DNA of 64,000 nt, taken from Octopus sinensis. Lineage: Eukaryota. Every line of letters starts with the position of its first letter. Position 1 is the first letter of the stretch. Below the pieces are notes generated by a model, which did not search any database, was not told where the DNA came from, and saw only the letters and a program-made list of their open reading frames with translations. Both the position numbers and the translations under genes were made by a program. Shown piece after piece: positions 23,051 through 37,517 of this stretch. The DNA lies in the NCBI RefSeq assembly GCF_006345805.1, contig NC_043006.1, positions 75,392,001 to 75,456,000 of the forward strand. Direction: 5' to 3'.

Positions 23051-24143
23051 GAACATATTTCCTTCATGCCATGCTAAATAAAAAGTCAGTATTTTCTTTT
23101 GGTGTATGCCATTCTGATGAAGGCGCATAGCTTAATGGTTAGGGTATTCAGCTCATAATTGTAAGGTCGTGAGTTCAATTCCCGGCCATGCATTGTGTTC
23201 TCAAGCAAGGCGCTTTATTTCATGTTGCTCCAGTCCACTCAACAAGCAAAAATGAGTTGTACCTGTATTTCAAAGGGCCAGCTTTGACATACTCTGTGTC
23301 ACACTAAATCTTTCTGAGAACTACGTTAAAGGTACACATGTCTGTGGAGTGCTCAGCCACTTGCACATTAATTTTGTGAACACGTTGTTCCGTTGATTGG
23401 AACTGATGGAGTGCCATTTTTTTTTTGCCATTTTGACAATTATGTTTTTTTTTTCGGTTGTGGAGATTTCTCAAGATTGACTGCAAGGCTAATTTTCTTG
23501 GAGAGAAGTCTAATTGGTTGAAACAACACCAAAATACCAATACTGATTATTACTTTGATATCTTGGTGATAAAGAGTAGATTGTTCTCAAAGTAGATTTA
23601 ACACTTTTGCATTCAGATTACTTTTAAATGCAATGCTTATTTATTCACATTGTTTTGAACTAATCAGGTCTTATCTCATAGCATTGAGATTCCAATGATG
23701 TGATTATCTATTTTTAGAATGACATTGTAGTGTAGGTGTGAGAGGCTGGATCTGGCTGGTTTGATCATATTTTGGATAGACTACTTGGGCTGGATATGGT
23801 TGGTCCAAATACTAAAGGGTTATGATATCCTGGTAGATTTTGAATTGAAAGTTGTAGGAGGAAGCCCTATTATGTGATCCACTCTAATGAAGCTACAATG
23901 AGCAAAGCTTCGAAACCTCTGTCATCCATTTTTCCTTATAAAAATATATTACAAATTCATATAATCATACACGATGTCTAAATTTCATGAAGTGACATGT
24001 AATATGAGATTATTGTTTCATGTTTCTTATGTAGCTTTTATACATTGCCATTGATACTTGTAACAATTTGACATGGAATGTGGTTTGTCCACATCTTTTT
24101 GGGGTTTTCTGTGGTTAACAAGTAAGAATAATTTTTGTACCAG

Positions 24144-24278
24144 GATCCAAATGTCGACAGCTTAAAAGTACAAAGAACTAAAGAAGAATACAGTTGGCTT
24201 CAACGTAGGAAAATAAAATGTTTTTATGCACCAATTGTTGCTCCAGACTTTCGTTTAGGAGTCCAAGCATTTATGCAG
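24144..24278 (+). CDS. SLC12A2: NKCC exon, DPNVDSLKVQRTKEEYSWLQRRKIKCFYAPIVAPDFRLGVQAFMQ
   Basis: gtaccag acceptor, gtaaat donor; WL..RKIK.FY motif; 135 nt, phase 0-0; absent from the ORF track. Confidence 0.95.
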
Positions 24279-25282
24279 GTAAATATATATATTCTTTAGT
24301 TCATTTATCTTTTCACTATTTCTTCAGTCATCCTCTTCTGTAAGCTCTTTCTCATCATCATCATCATCATCATCATCATTTAATGTTTGCCTTCCATGCT
24401 GGCATGGGTCAGACAGTTTGACAGGAGCTGGCCAGGGCAGAAGACTACACCAGACTTCTGTGTCTGTTTTGGCATGGTTTTTATGGCTGGATGCCCTTCC
24501 TAACACCAGCAGCCGCACAGTGCTTTTTATGTGGCACGAGCACAAGACAGGTTAGCTTTGGCATAGTTTTTACAGCTGGACGCTCTTCCGAATGTCAACT
24601 ACTACCAAAATTATTTACCACTATAGAACGCAGACATTAAACTATGATGATGATGGTATCCATCGGTGATAGGTATCCAAAGGTGGCAAGCTGGCAGAAA
24701 TGTTAGCATGTTGGGCGAAATGCTTAACGGTATTTCGTCTGCCGTTACGTTGTGAGTTCAAATTCCGCCGAGGTTGACTTTGCCTTTCATCCTTTCAAGG
24801 TTGATAAATTAAGTACCAGTTACACACTGGGGTTGCTGTAATCGACTTAATACCTATGTCTGTCCTTGTTTGTCCCCTCTATGTTTAGCCCCTTGTGGGT
24901 AATAAAGAAATAGGTATCCATCATTACAGCATATCCAAACCAGTGCAGTCATCTTCTCTCATAATCGCATCAGCTGATTCCTCTGTTGACTAAATTTTCC
25001 TCCTTCAGCTTATTTTTTGCTCTGTCTTTCATGGATGCAAACATTACTGTATCAGCAAAACAAATTTGTCTCATTTCATTTTGTGATGTAATGTTTTAGT
25101 CTTAATATATGTCTGGAAGCATGGTCATGTGGTTGAGAAGCTTGTTTTCCGACCACATGGTCTTGGGTTCAGTTCCATTGCGTGGCAGTCTGGGCAAGTA
25201 ACATCTACTATAAGTCCTAGACTGACCAAAGCTTTGTGAGTGGATTTTGTAAATGGAAACTGAAAGAAGCCAGTTGTGTGTA

Positions 25283-25317
<35 letters not shown>

Positions 25318-25484
25318 TTCCTTTGGACTTTTCTCTTTCCCCCTTTCCGACGAAGAGATATACTCGAAACATCAAAAGCTCCCTCTTTTTACTGAGCATC
25401 AAGCTTATACATTCCTTGTGCATGTCCTCTTGTTGTCTGTTGATTTTATTATTTATTTGAATTCATTGTTTATTTGATTTGATT

Positions 25485-25549
25485 ATCTGTCTGTTTGTCT
25501 GTCTGTCTATCTATCTATCTATCTATCTATCTGCCTGTCTATCTATCTA

Positions 25550-25590
<41 letters not shown>

Positions 25591-25785
25591 AACTGTATCT
25601 CTCCATCCATCCATCCATCTATCCATTTGTCTGTCTATCTGTCTGTATCTGTCTGTCTGTCTGTCTATCTATGTCTGTCTGTCTGTGTGTCTGTCTGTTT
25701 GTCTGTATGTCTGTCTGTCTGTGTGTCTGTCTGTTTGTCTGTATGTCTGTCTGTCTGTCTATCTGTCTGTCTGTCTGTCTGTCTA

Positions 25786-25818
<33 letters not shown>

Positions 25819-25865
25819 AACTGTATCTCTCCATCCATCCATCTATCCATTTGTCTGTCTGTCTG

Positions 25866-25896
<31 letters not shown>

Positions 25897-25935
25897 GTCT
25901 GTCTGTCTGTCTTTATATATATATATATATATATT
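25485..25935. repeat. (TCTG)n/(TCTA)n compound microsatellite with internal duplication
   Basis: ctctaactgtatctctccatccatcc occurs at about 25587 and again at about 25815. Confidence 0.9.
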
Positions 25936-26527
25936 TTATATATATATATATATCATATATGAAAGTAGTGAGCTGGCTGAATCATCAGCATTCTGGACAA
26001 AATGCTTTAGTGTGTTTCATTTGTCTGTACGTTCTGCGTTCAAATTCCTCCGAGATTAACTTTGTCTTTCATCCTTTTGGGGTTGATAAAATAAGTACCA
26101 GTTAAGCACTGGGGTTGATGCAATTGACTTATCCCCCACTGCTAAAATTTCTGGCTATGTGCAAAATTTGAAACCAATATATTTGTGTGTGTGTGTTTTG
26201 TACCCTTGTCTTTGCATCATGTTGTGATTGTAAATGTGTATCACCATCTTATAAGCAATGGCATTCATGTCTAGTTTACCATGAAAAGTATGTCTGGTCT
26301 TGGAGAAATATTACCTTACTTGGAATCAGGTGAGGGTTGGCAACTGGAAAGGCATCAGGCTGCAACATATCTGCTTCAGTAAATTCCATCCAACTCATGC
26401 AATCATGAAAATGTGGACGTTACATGATGATAATGATGGTGATCGTGGTGGTGGTGGTGGTGGCGGTGATGATGATGATGATGATGATTATGGTATTGAT
26501 GGCTGTGTATTTGTTATCTTTCTACAG

Positions 26528-26634
26528 ACATGCGGAATAGGGAAGTTACGTCCAAACACTATGGTTATTGGTTTTAAGAATCGGTGGAGGCAGGGAGAAC
26601 CGAAAGAAGTCGAGGATTACTTTAATACCATTCA
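26528..26634 (+). CDS. SLC12A2: NKCC exon, TCGIGKLRPNTMVIGFKNRWRQGEPKEVEDYFNTIH
   Basis: tctacag acceptor, gtaagt donor; G.GKLRPNT..IGFK motif; 107 nt, phase 0-2. Confidence 0.97.
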
Positions 26635-27489
26635 GTAAGTAACAAAACTATTCTTTTATTCTTTTACTAGTTTCAGTCATTTGACTGTGGCCATGATGGA
26701 GCACTGCTTTATTGTTTATTATATAAACGGTAATGACCCCACCTTTAGTCATGAATGACTATGGGATTGCACCTAGAAAGTTCCCGTCCCGGGCACAAGT
26801 CCAGGCAGGGCTGTTTATGGAAGTCCAGCAGTCGCCCATGAATACCAGCCTCCCCTCTCCACACCCCTGATGTTTTCCAAGGGAAAGGCAAAGGCTGATA
26901 CAGCTTGGCACCTGTGACATCGCAACTCATTTTTACAGCTGAGTGAACTGGAGCAAAGTGAAATAAAATGTCTTGCTCAAGAACACAACATGCAGCCCGC
27001 TCCAAGAATCAAACTCACTACCTCCTGACTGCATGGCACATTGGGTAAAGTGTTTTCTATTATAGCCTCAGGCTGACCAAGGTCTTGTCAATGGATTTGG
27101 TGGACAGAAACTGAAAGAAGCCTGCTAAGTCTTTGTTGCCATGTCAGCAGGATAGTTGAAGATATTCTTGAAGATGCTGTCATATACCAAAAAAAGATTT
27201 TGTTCTGCTGTGAGCTGACAGAATCGTTAAAACATCAGAAAAATAAATTCCTTATAATATTTATTTTCATCTTCTCACATTCTGAGTTCAAATCCTAGCA
27301 TTGTCAACTTTGCCTTCCATCTCTCCAGGTTCGATAAAGTTGCAATCAAATACTGGAGTTGATGATATTGATTAAATCTCCTCCCTTCAAAATTGTTGGC
27401 TTTGTGCTTAAATCACAATCTGATGTTGTCCTCATTTTTATTTCTCATTTGTTTGTTTTATTTTATTAATTTTTTTTCTTTTTTTACAG

Positions 27490-27608
27490 TGACGGATTTG
27501 ATATGCAGTTTGGTGTTGGTATTCTCCGTGTTAAAGAAGGCTTTCAATGTGACCCAAATTTTGTGGACCCTCCAAGGAAAGAAATTGAAGAAGAACCTCC
27601 CGAAGAAG
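27490..27608 (+). CDS. SLC12A2: NKCC exon, (H)DGFDMQFGVGILRVKEGFQCDPNFVDPPRKEIEEEPPEE (last canonical exon in window)
   Basis: tttttacag acceptor, gtatga donor; HD.FD...GV.ILR..EG motif; 119 nt, phase 2-1. Confidence 0.95.
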
Positions 27609-27849
27609 GTATGAGCAGCCAATCTCTAAACAAAGTATAATTTTCATATTGGTCTGAATGACATTTCAAAGCATCAATTCTAATCTTACTTATTATCAAC
27701 TCATTTTCATTAGAATTTTTTTTGGAGGAATTCCTACTTAAGAATTTTTGAAAAGTATTTTTCTGTTCATCTATACTGGTTTGTTGGGTTTTAAGACTTC
27801 ATTATCTGCACAGCACATTTTCATGGTAAAAGAAATTCATAGTAAAAAA

Positions 27850-29072
27850 ATATATTGAAATCAAATTTGTATAATATGTAGAAATCAAATATGCATAATA
27901 TATTGAATTAAAATTTGCATAATATATTGAAATCAAATTTGCATAATATATTGAAATCAAATTTGCATTATATATAGAAAACAAATTTGCATAATATATT
28001 GAAATTAAATTTGCATAATATATTGAAATCAAATTTGTATTATATATTGACATCAAATTTGCATAATATATAGGAAACAAATTTGCATAATATATAGAAA
28101 ACAAATTTGCATAATATATAGAAAACAAATTTGTATAAGAAATTGAAATTAAATATGCATAATATATTGAAATCAAATTTGCATAATATATTGAATTAAA
28201 ATTTGCATAATATATTGAAATTAAATATGCATAATATATTGAATTAAAATTTGCATAATATATTGAATTAAAATTTGCATAATATATTGAAATTAAATTT
28301 GCATTATATATAGAAAACAAATTTGCATAATATATTGAAATTAAATTTGCATAATATATTGAAATCAAATCTGTATAATATACTGACGTCAAATTTGCAT
28401 AAAATATAGGAAACAAATTTGCATAATATATAGAAAACAAATTTGTATAATATATAGAAAACAAATTTGTATAATATATAGAAAACAAAGTTGCATAATA
28501 TATAGAAAACAAATTTGCATAATATATTGAAATCAAATTTGCATAATATATTGAAATTAAATATGCATAATATATTGAATTAAAATTTGCATAATATATT
28601 GAAATTAAATATGCATAATATATTGAATTAAAATTTGCATAATATATTGAATTAAAATTTGCATAATATATTGAAATTAAATTTGCATTATATATAGAAA
28701 ACAAATTTGCATAATATATTGAAATTAAATTTGCATAATATATTGAAATCAAATCTGTATAATATACTGACGTCAAATTTGCATAAAATATAGGAAACAA
28801 ATTTGCATAATATATAGAAAACAAATTTGTATAATATATAGAAAACAAAGTTGCATAATATATAGAAAACAAATTTGCATAATATATTGAAATCAAATTT
28901 GCATAATATATTGAAATTAAATATGCATAATATATTGAATTAAAATCTGCATAATATATTGAATTAAAATTTGCATAATATATTGAAATCAAATTTGCAT
29001 AATATATTGAAATCAAATTTGCATGATATGCTGAAATCACATTTGCATAATATGTTGAAATCAAAGTTGCAT
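27850..29072. repeat. 24-bp minisatellite (aaatttgcataatatattgaaatc) x ~51 with a higher-order duplication
   Basis: strict 24-nt phase with no indels; the rare variant atctgtat recurs at 28369 and 28753 (384 nt = 16 units apart). Confidence 0.95.
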
Positions 29073-29654
29073 CATTGTACTCATTACTAACACACTGGCT
29101 GGTGTTGTTCCACCATGTGGTATTCTGTCTTCAGATACTGCAAGATGGTTGTCTTCAATTTTCTTGAGAGGGGAAAACAAATAAATATGGTAGAAGCTGC
29201 TTATTGTGACTGCTTTAGGACCAGGTGTTTTCTTTTCATTAACAACTGGGTTGGGGCGATAACATTAAGCAAATAAAACATTTTACAGATTCATTTGTGA
29301 TCATAAGTGACTTTCACCGCCATGGAACATTGTAAAATATGAATGATTTTGTGTGTGTGTAAGAAAACAACAAAGAGAAATTGATTTTTGAAGTTATATA
29401 TAAACTAGTTTATGAAAGACCTAACAAAATCACACTTTGTTAGCTTCAAAATTAACTGTTTCAAAGCAGTGACATAAATGTAATGCTGTTGACACTAATT
29501 ACTGTCTCTTCAGCTAGTGATGCAACTAAATAGACATTTCATAATTTTGAATATGTGTTCTGTGTTTGTGAAATTGTATGGTGTTTGATGAATAATATAT
29601 TGATCATTTTTTTTTTGTAATAATGCCTACCATTCAGTATTTGTATGATTCTAC

Positions 29655-29879
29655 TGTGTGTGTGTGTAATATATATATTATATATATATATGCATATATG
29701 TATGTATGTATGTATATATGTATATATATATGTATGTATGTATATATATATATGTATGTATGTATATATATAATATATATGTATATATATATATATATAT
29801 ATGTATGTAATATATATATAATATATTTATGTATATATATATATATATATATGTATGTATATATATATATATTTTATAA

Positions 29880-29965
<86 letters not shown>

Positions 29966-30155
29966 ATATTATATATATATATATGTATATATAATATATA
30001 TATATATGTATGTATTATATATATATATATATATGTATGTATATATATATATGTATGTATATATTATATATATATATATATATGTATGTATTATATATTA
30101 TATATATATATATTGTAATATATATTATATATATGTATGTTATAATATATATATG

Positions 30156-30200
<45 letters not shown>

Positions 30201-30301
30201 ATATATATATGTATGTATATTATATATGTATGTATATATATATTATATGTATGTATTATATATATATATATATATGTATGTATAATATATTATTGTAAAT
30301 G

Positions 30302-30332
<31 letters not shown>

Positions 30333-30552
30333 ATATATATATATGTATTATATATATATATATGTATATATATTAATATATATATATGTATGTATATAAT
30401 ATATATATATATGTATGTATATATATATATATATATGTAATGTTATATATTATATATATATATATATATGTATGTATATATATATGTATGTATATATATA
30501 TGTATGTATATATTATATATAATATATATTATGTATGTATATATATATGTAT

Positions 30553-30595
<43 letters not shown>

Positions 30596-30600
30596 ATATG

Positions 30601-30676
<76 letters not shown>

Positions 30677-31063
30677 TATGTATGTATATATATATTATAT
30701 ATATATATGTATGTATATATATTATATATATATTATATATGTATGTATATATATAATATATATATATATATATAATATATATATATATGTATATATATAT
30801 TATATATGTATATATATATATATATATGTATGGATATATATATATATATATGTATGTATATATATATATATATATGTATGTATATATATATATATATATG
30901 TATGTATAATATATATATATATATGTATATATATATTAATATATATGTATGTATATTATATATATGTATGTATTATATATATATATATGTATGTATATAT
31001 ATATATATATTATGTATATATATATGTATATATATATATTGTATGTATATATATATATGTATG

Positions 31064-31105
<42 letters not shown>

Positions 31106-31410
31106 ATATATATATGTATGTATATATTATATATATGTATGTATATATAATATATATATGTATGTATATATATATATTATATATAATGTATGTATTATTA
31201 TATATATATGTATGTATGTATATATATATATATATATATGTAATGTATATATATATATAATGTATGTATTATATATATATATGTTATGTATATATATATA
31301 TATGTATGTATATATATATATATATATATGTATGTATATATATATGTATATATGTATGTATATATATGTATATATATGTATGTATATATAATATATGTAT
31401 ATATATTATG

Positions 31411-31441
<31 letters not shown>

Positions 31442-31598
31442 GTATGTATATAATATATATATATATGTAATGTATAATATGTTATTGTATGTATATATAA
31501 TGTATATTGTTATGTATATATTATATATAATGTATATATATATATAGTATATATATATATGTATGTATATATATATATATATATATATAGATGTATGG

Positions 31599-31642
<44 letters not shown>

Positions 31643-33067
31643 CTATATATATATTGTATGTTATAATATTATATATATGTATGTATATATATATATATAT
31701 GTATGATATATATTATATAGATATATATATGTATGTATATATATATTATATATAGTAGGTATGTATATATATATATATATATAGTATGTATATATATATA
31801 TATGTATGTATATATATACTATATATGTATATGTATATATATATTATGTATGTATATATATTATATATATATATGTATGTATATAGTGTATATTATGTAT
31901 GTATATATATGTATATATAGTATGTATATAATATATGATATATATATATGTATATATAATATGTATATATATAATATATATGATATGTATATACTATATA
32001 TATATATGTATGTATATATATGTATATATGTATGTATATATATGAATATATTATGTTATGTATCTATATATATATATGTATATTATATATATGTATATAT
32101 ATATATGTATGTATATATAATATATATATATAATATATGTATGTATATATATAATATATATATATATAGTATATGTATATCTATATATATATATATATAT
32201 GTATATATCTATATATATATATATGTATGTATATAATATATATATATTGTATATATATATATATATATATATATAGGTATGGTATATATATATATATATA
32301 TTATATATAGTATTATATATATATATATATATTATAGATATATATATATATATATTATATATATGTATGTATATATAATATCATATATCATAATATAAAT
32401 GTATGGATATATATATATCTATACTATATGTATGATTTTATATATATATATATAATATATGTATATGTAATATATATATATATATGGATGTATATATATA
32501 TATATATATATATATGGATGTATAATATATATATAATAATTGTATGTATATATAATATATATATAATGTATGTATATTATATATATATATATGTAGTGAT
32601 ATATGATATATATGTATGTTAATATATGTATGTATGTATGTACTATATCATGTATGTATATATATATATATGTATGGATATAATTATATATGTATGTATG
32701 ATATATATATATGTATGTATGTATTATAGATGTATGTATGTATATATATGATGTATGTATATATATATAATGTATGTATGTATATATATATATATGTATG
32801 TATATATATATATATATAGTATGTATATATATATATATATGTGTATTATATATAATATATATGTATGTATAATTATATATGTATGTATATATATATATAT
32901 GTATGTATATATATATATATGTATGTATATTATATATATATATGTATGTATATATATTATGTATGTATATATTATATAATATATGTATATATTATATATG
33001 TATGTATATATATATGTATGTATATATTATGGTATGTATTATATATTATATTATATATATATGTATG

Positions 33068-33110
<43 letters not shown>

Positions 33111-33270
33111 GTATGTATATATATATATATATATAATATAATATATATAATGTTTGTGTGTGTTGTGTGATGCGTGCTATATATATATGTGTGTATATAT
33201 ATATATGTGTATATGTATATGTGTATAATATATATATGTGTGTATATGTATATATATATATATATATATA
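29655..33270. repeat. ~3.6-kb degenerate (TA)n/(TATG)n array
   Basis: almost entirely A/T with interspersed G; source of many spurious Y/I/M ORFs. Confidence 0.95.
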
Positions 33271-35094
33271 TGATTGTGGCATTTTATTTTTTTTCATCTT
33301 GTGGCTATACTCTTTCCATCAATTTCATCTGATTTTCAGGAAACAAATGGTCAAGTTGATGGGGGTATTCAGAAATAAATATGGCATGGTTATAGCCATA
33401 TGTAAACATATTCATTTAGTCTTGCTCTTAAATATGAACCCATAACGACCTTTTTGCCAGCTCTGGATGCGAGAGCGATCCAGTCTGTTTCATTGTTGCT
33501 AAACTCTACATCACCGTTTACTCACTTCTCTTTTCCAAACTGGAAGGCTATTTATTAAAGTATGAACAAGACCTTTGTGAAGCTGTATGCCTTAGTGGTT
33601 CGGATGTTGCACTCAGAATTGTAAAATCCTGAAGATCGTGGTTTTGATTCCTGGTCTGCGTAGTGTATTGTGTACTTGAACAAAACACTTATTTCCACAT
33701 TGCTCCAGTTCGTTCAGCTGTAAATGAGTTGTAGCAATCACTGGGAAATTAACTCTGCGACTGACTGCCATCATGTTCAACTGGGTGTGTTGTAATTTCA
33801 GTTGCATACACACCATGGAAAGCAGATTTATCTCCGGTCTTATGAATCATAGAGTCCTACAATTCATAACAGAACTAAACAAGACTTTCAACTGACTCAG
33901 CACATTTACATTATGAGTGAACGTGTATGGTTTAGTGGTTGGGGTATTTGGCTCACGATTGTTAGGTCATGAGTTCGCTCCCTGGTAGCACACTGTGTCC
34001 TTGAGCCAGACACATTATTTCATGTTGCTCCAGTCGACACAGCTGGCAAAAATTAGTTATACCTGTATTTCAAAGAGCCAGCCTTATCGCATTCTGTGTC
34101 TTGCTGAACCTCCTTGAGAACTACATTAAGGTATGCATGTCTGGTGGTTAGCTGACAGAAACGTTAGCACGCTGGGCGAAATGCGTAGCCGTATTTCGTC
34201 TGCCGTTACGTTCTGTGTTCAAATTCCGCTGAAGTTGACTTTGTCTTTCATCCTTTCGGGGTCAATAAATTAAGTACCAGTTATGCACTAGGGTTGATGT
34301 AATTGACTTAATCCGTTTGTCCTTGTTTGTCCTCTCTGTGTTTAGCCCCTTGTGGGTAGTAAAGAAATGGGTATGCATGTCTGTGGAGTGTCCAAATGCT
34401 TGCTCTTTAATTTCACAAGTATGGTGTTCCATTGATCAGACTAGCTGGCAGCCTTGATGTAACTGACAGAATGCTGATTACATCATGGTCCAAAGTTGAC
34501 TGCCTGGCAACAACTGCAGGAATACCAAGTCAATAAAATATTAGATGTGTTGATCGGAGGTTTGAGTTTAAGCCTTTTGCAAGCATTTTGTTGTGTACTT
34601 TATGCTCTGTATTTAATTCTGTTCAATTCATCATAGATGGCAGATTGGTGGCATTGTAAGAGACTGGATAAAATATTTTGTAGTCCTTCATCCCCTGCTC
34701 TCTGCATTCTGAGTTCATTATGTGGAAGTGTTTGAATTCCTGGATTCAGATGTAAAAACTAAACCAAACCAAAACTGAGATTTCTAAGAACAATCGACAT
34801 GTGCCCTGTCGAGTACTTACCATTTTTCTAGCTGGGAAACAAATAATAGGTTAACCAATGACAAAGAAGAGAAATCAATGAAGAAGACTCAACCGGATTG
34901 AGCCTCAAATTAAACTCAACCATTATGAAGAGCAAAAAGGGAAAAAATGGATGAACTAGGTTCTACACATTATCTACAAACACTATTATAATTTGTTTAA
35001 CAGGGTTGACCTTGGGCTAAACAATTGGTACTACTCTGAATACTAGTATACGTTGTTCTGTCAGGGCTGATTTGGCACTAAACAACCATGATGA

Positions 35095-35465
35095 AAATCT
35101 CCACCACTACCACTACTATTACTACTACTACTACTAATACTACCACCACTACTACTACAACTACCACCACCACCATCACCACCACTGCTACTAACCCTAC
35201 CACTGATACCATCACCACTGCCACCACCACTACTACTACTGCTATCGCTGCCACCGCCAACACCACCATCACATCACTACCACCACCACCATCACCTCCA
35301 CCGCTACCACCACTGCCACTACTACCACCAACACCACTGCCGCCACCAACACCACTGCCACTATCACCACCACCACTACCCCTACGGCTGCTACCACTAC
35401 CATCGCCACTGCCACCACCACCATCACCACCACTACCACCACCACTACCACCACTACTACTACTA
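35095..35465. repeat. (CAC/CTA)n trinucleotide low-complexity tract
   Basis: direct inspection. Confidence 0.9.
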
Positions 35466-35998
35466 CAGCTGGCACTGCACTCCTCTTGTTACTTGTACGT
35501 CATTGGTTACGCAATGATTGATGCTTGTCTAGACATAGATTGATGACGCCAGCCCTTCCCACAGATTTGTCAAGTGAATGAAGATCCATTTCACTTCTTA
35601 AGCTTTTAGAAACTAAGAAGTAAACCCACAGATTAAAAGGTAGATAAATGTATGGATAGATACAAGAGTAGAAGTATGGATGCCCATGGGGGTCATAATA
35701 TTGCTATATAGAGTTTGTTCCTTTTGTGTTTTGAGTAATCCGTCATTGGTTCATTATCTTAGCTGAGTTTCATTTAAGTCCTCAGGTATTTTGTTATGTA
35801 AATGAATATACTCATATGCTTATCGGCTTGTTTATTGTGTATGTCTGTACATCGGTAGATATGTCCACACATCCATACATTTATCCATTCATGCATCCAT
35901 CCATCCAGTCATGCTAACAAGCTAAATAGGTATGTGTGTATTGTATTTTATATATATGTGTGTGTGTGTATGTGTGTGTGTCTGCCTGTCTGTGTGTA

Positions 35999-36037
<39 letters not shown>

Positions 36038-37044
36038 GTGACTAGATGTTAGGGGTTCTCGTGCTTGTGTGGCACTCCTGTCACAACCCGGGACCTTGAA
36101 GACTGCTATAATGCAAGAAAGTATACTAGTCCCTTAGTATTTTATATTCAATATTTCATCTATTCAATAAGACAATCAATACTTCATTTCATTTTACTAT
36201 ATTTATATATTATTTATACTATATATCCTATACTCTACATGAATATTATAAAGAATATAAATAAAACATAAAAAACAGAGTTGAAATTTCTTTGAATAAT
36301 ATATACCCCTCTATACACAATCATACAAACCACTTTTTAGTTATACACACAGACACACACACACAGGTATAAAGTTTGAAAAAGGACGAATCATCTATCA
36401 TTTTATAGATTTTATATATGAAGTTTATCTCCAGGTCATGCTAGGAAGGGCAGTTTAGTGGGCATGGCTGTGTGGGTAAAAAGCTTACTTCCCAACTATG
36501 TGGTCTTGGGTTCAGTCCCACTGTGTGGCACCTTTGGCGAGTGTGTTCTGACACACTGATACACTGATACACCTTTCGCGAGTGTGTCTGATCGCATACT
36601 GATCAAAGCTCAGCGAGTGGATTTGATGGGCAAAGTGAAAGAAGCCCATCGTGTATGTGTTTGTGTGTGCGCGCGTGTGTGTGTGTGTGTGTGTGTGTGC
36701 ATGACCATTTTCAAGCAAGGTAATATTTCCCCCATGGTTAGAAATCTTTTCGCAGAATGTGGGCAACGACACTGCTTGTATGACCGTGACACTCATTTAC
36801 TGTTATCTCATGGTGTCAAAACAAGGTGAGAAACACAGGCAGACAGACAGACACACACATACACACACTCACGAACACATGCATACATATGCACACACTT
36901 TTATATGTACATAAGGACAAATACATTTCAATCTAATTATGTTTTTTTTAGTATCATTTTCTTTTGATTTCTTATTCTTTACTTCAGTTTATTTCGGTGT
37001 GTGTTAATTGAGTTATATTTTGTTTGTTCCAACATTTTCTACAG

Positions 37045-37074
37045 GATTACCAATAACTATTTGTCTGGAAAATG
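37045..37074 (+). CDS. SLC12A2: candidate 30-nt frame-preserving cassette microexon, (G)LPITICLEN
   Basis: long pyrimidine tract ending ttttctacag, donor ATG|gtgtgt, phase 1-1 and stop-free in the phase left by exon 27490-27608; no homology support. Confidence 0.35.
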
Positions 37075-37430
37075 GTGTGTATTCTGAAAGGCAAACAGCC
37101 AATTAATTCATTCATTAATTCATTCATTCAGTTTAATTGTTTTAATTACTTCTATGTATTCAACCATTCAATTTCATTTCATTTCATTTTCTATTTTCCA
37201 CCTTTCATAAAATTTCTTATAATCATAATTTCATAACAAGTGGTATTACTTATAGGAATTCTGAAATATTTTCATAGGTTATCTTTTGGTATTTTGGTTT
37301 AATGTTAAGGATTAAACAAAATTTATATATATATATGTACATTCACACAAACACACACACACACTCTCTCTCTCTCTCTCTTCTCACACGCATGAATGTA
37401 TATCTATATCTATCTATCTATCTATCTGTT

Positions 37431-37464
<34 letters not shown>

Positions 37465-37482
37465 TATACATACACACACACA

Positions 37483-37512
<30 letters not shown>

Positions 37513-37517
<5 letters not shown>

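Noticed and set aside
27802-29064. 420-aa ORF on the - strand, (ISIYYANL)n
   Set aside because: It is a translation of the 24-bp minisatellite; a unit length divisible by 3 keeps the frame open, and there is no other coding evidence
29623-33445. Numerous Y/I/M/V/C-rich ORFs here and at 50345-54793, 17752-18144 and 25495-26105
   Set aside because: They are microsatellite translations
35088-35543. Thr/Pro-rich mucin- or formin-like ORF
   Set aside because: It is a trinucleotide low-complexity tract without splice signals or unique sequence
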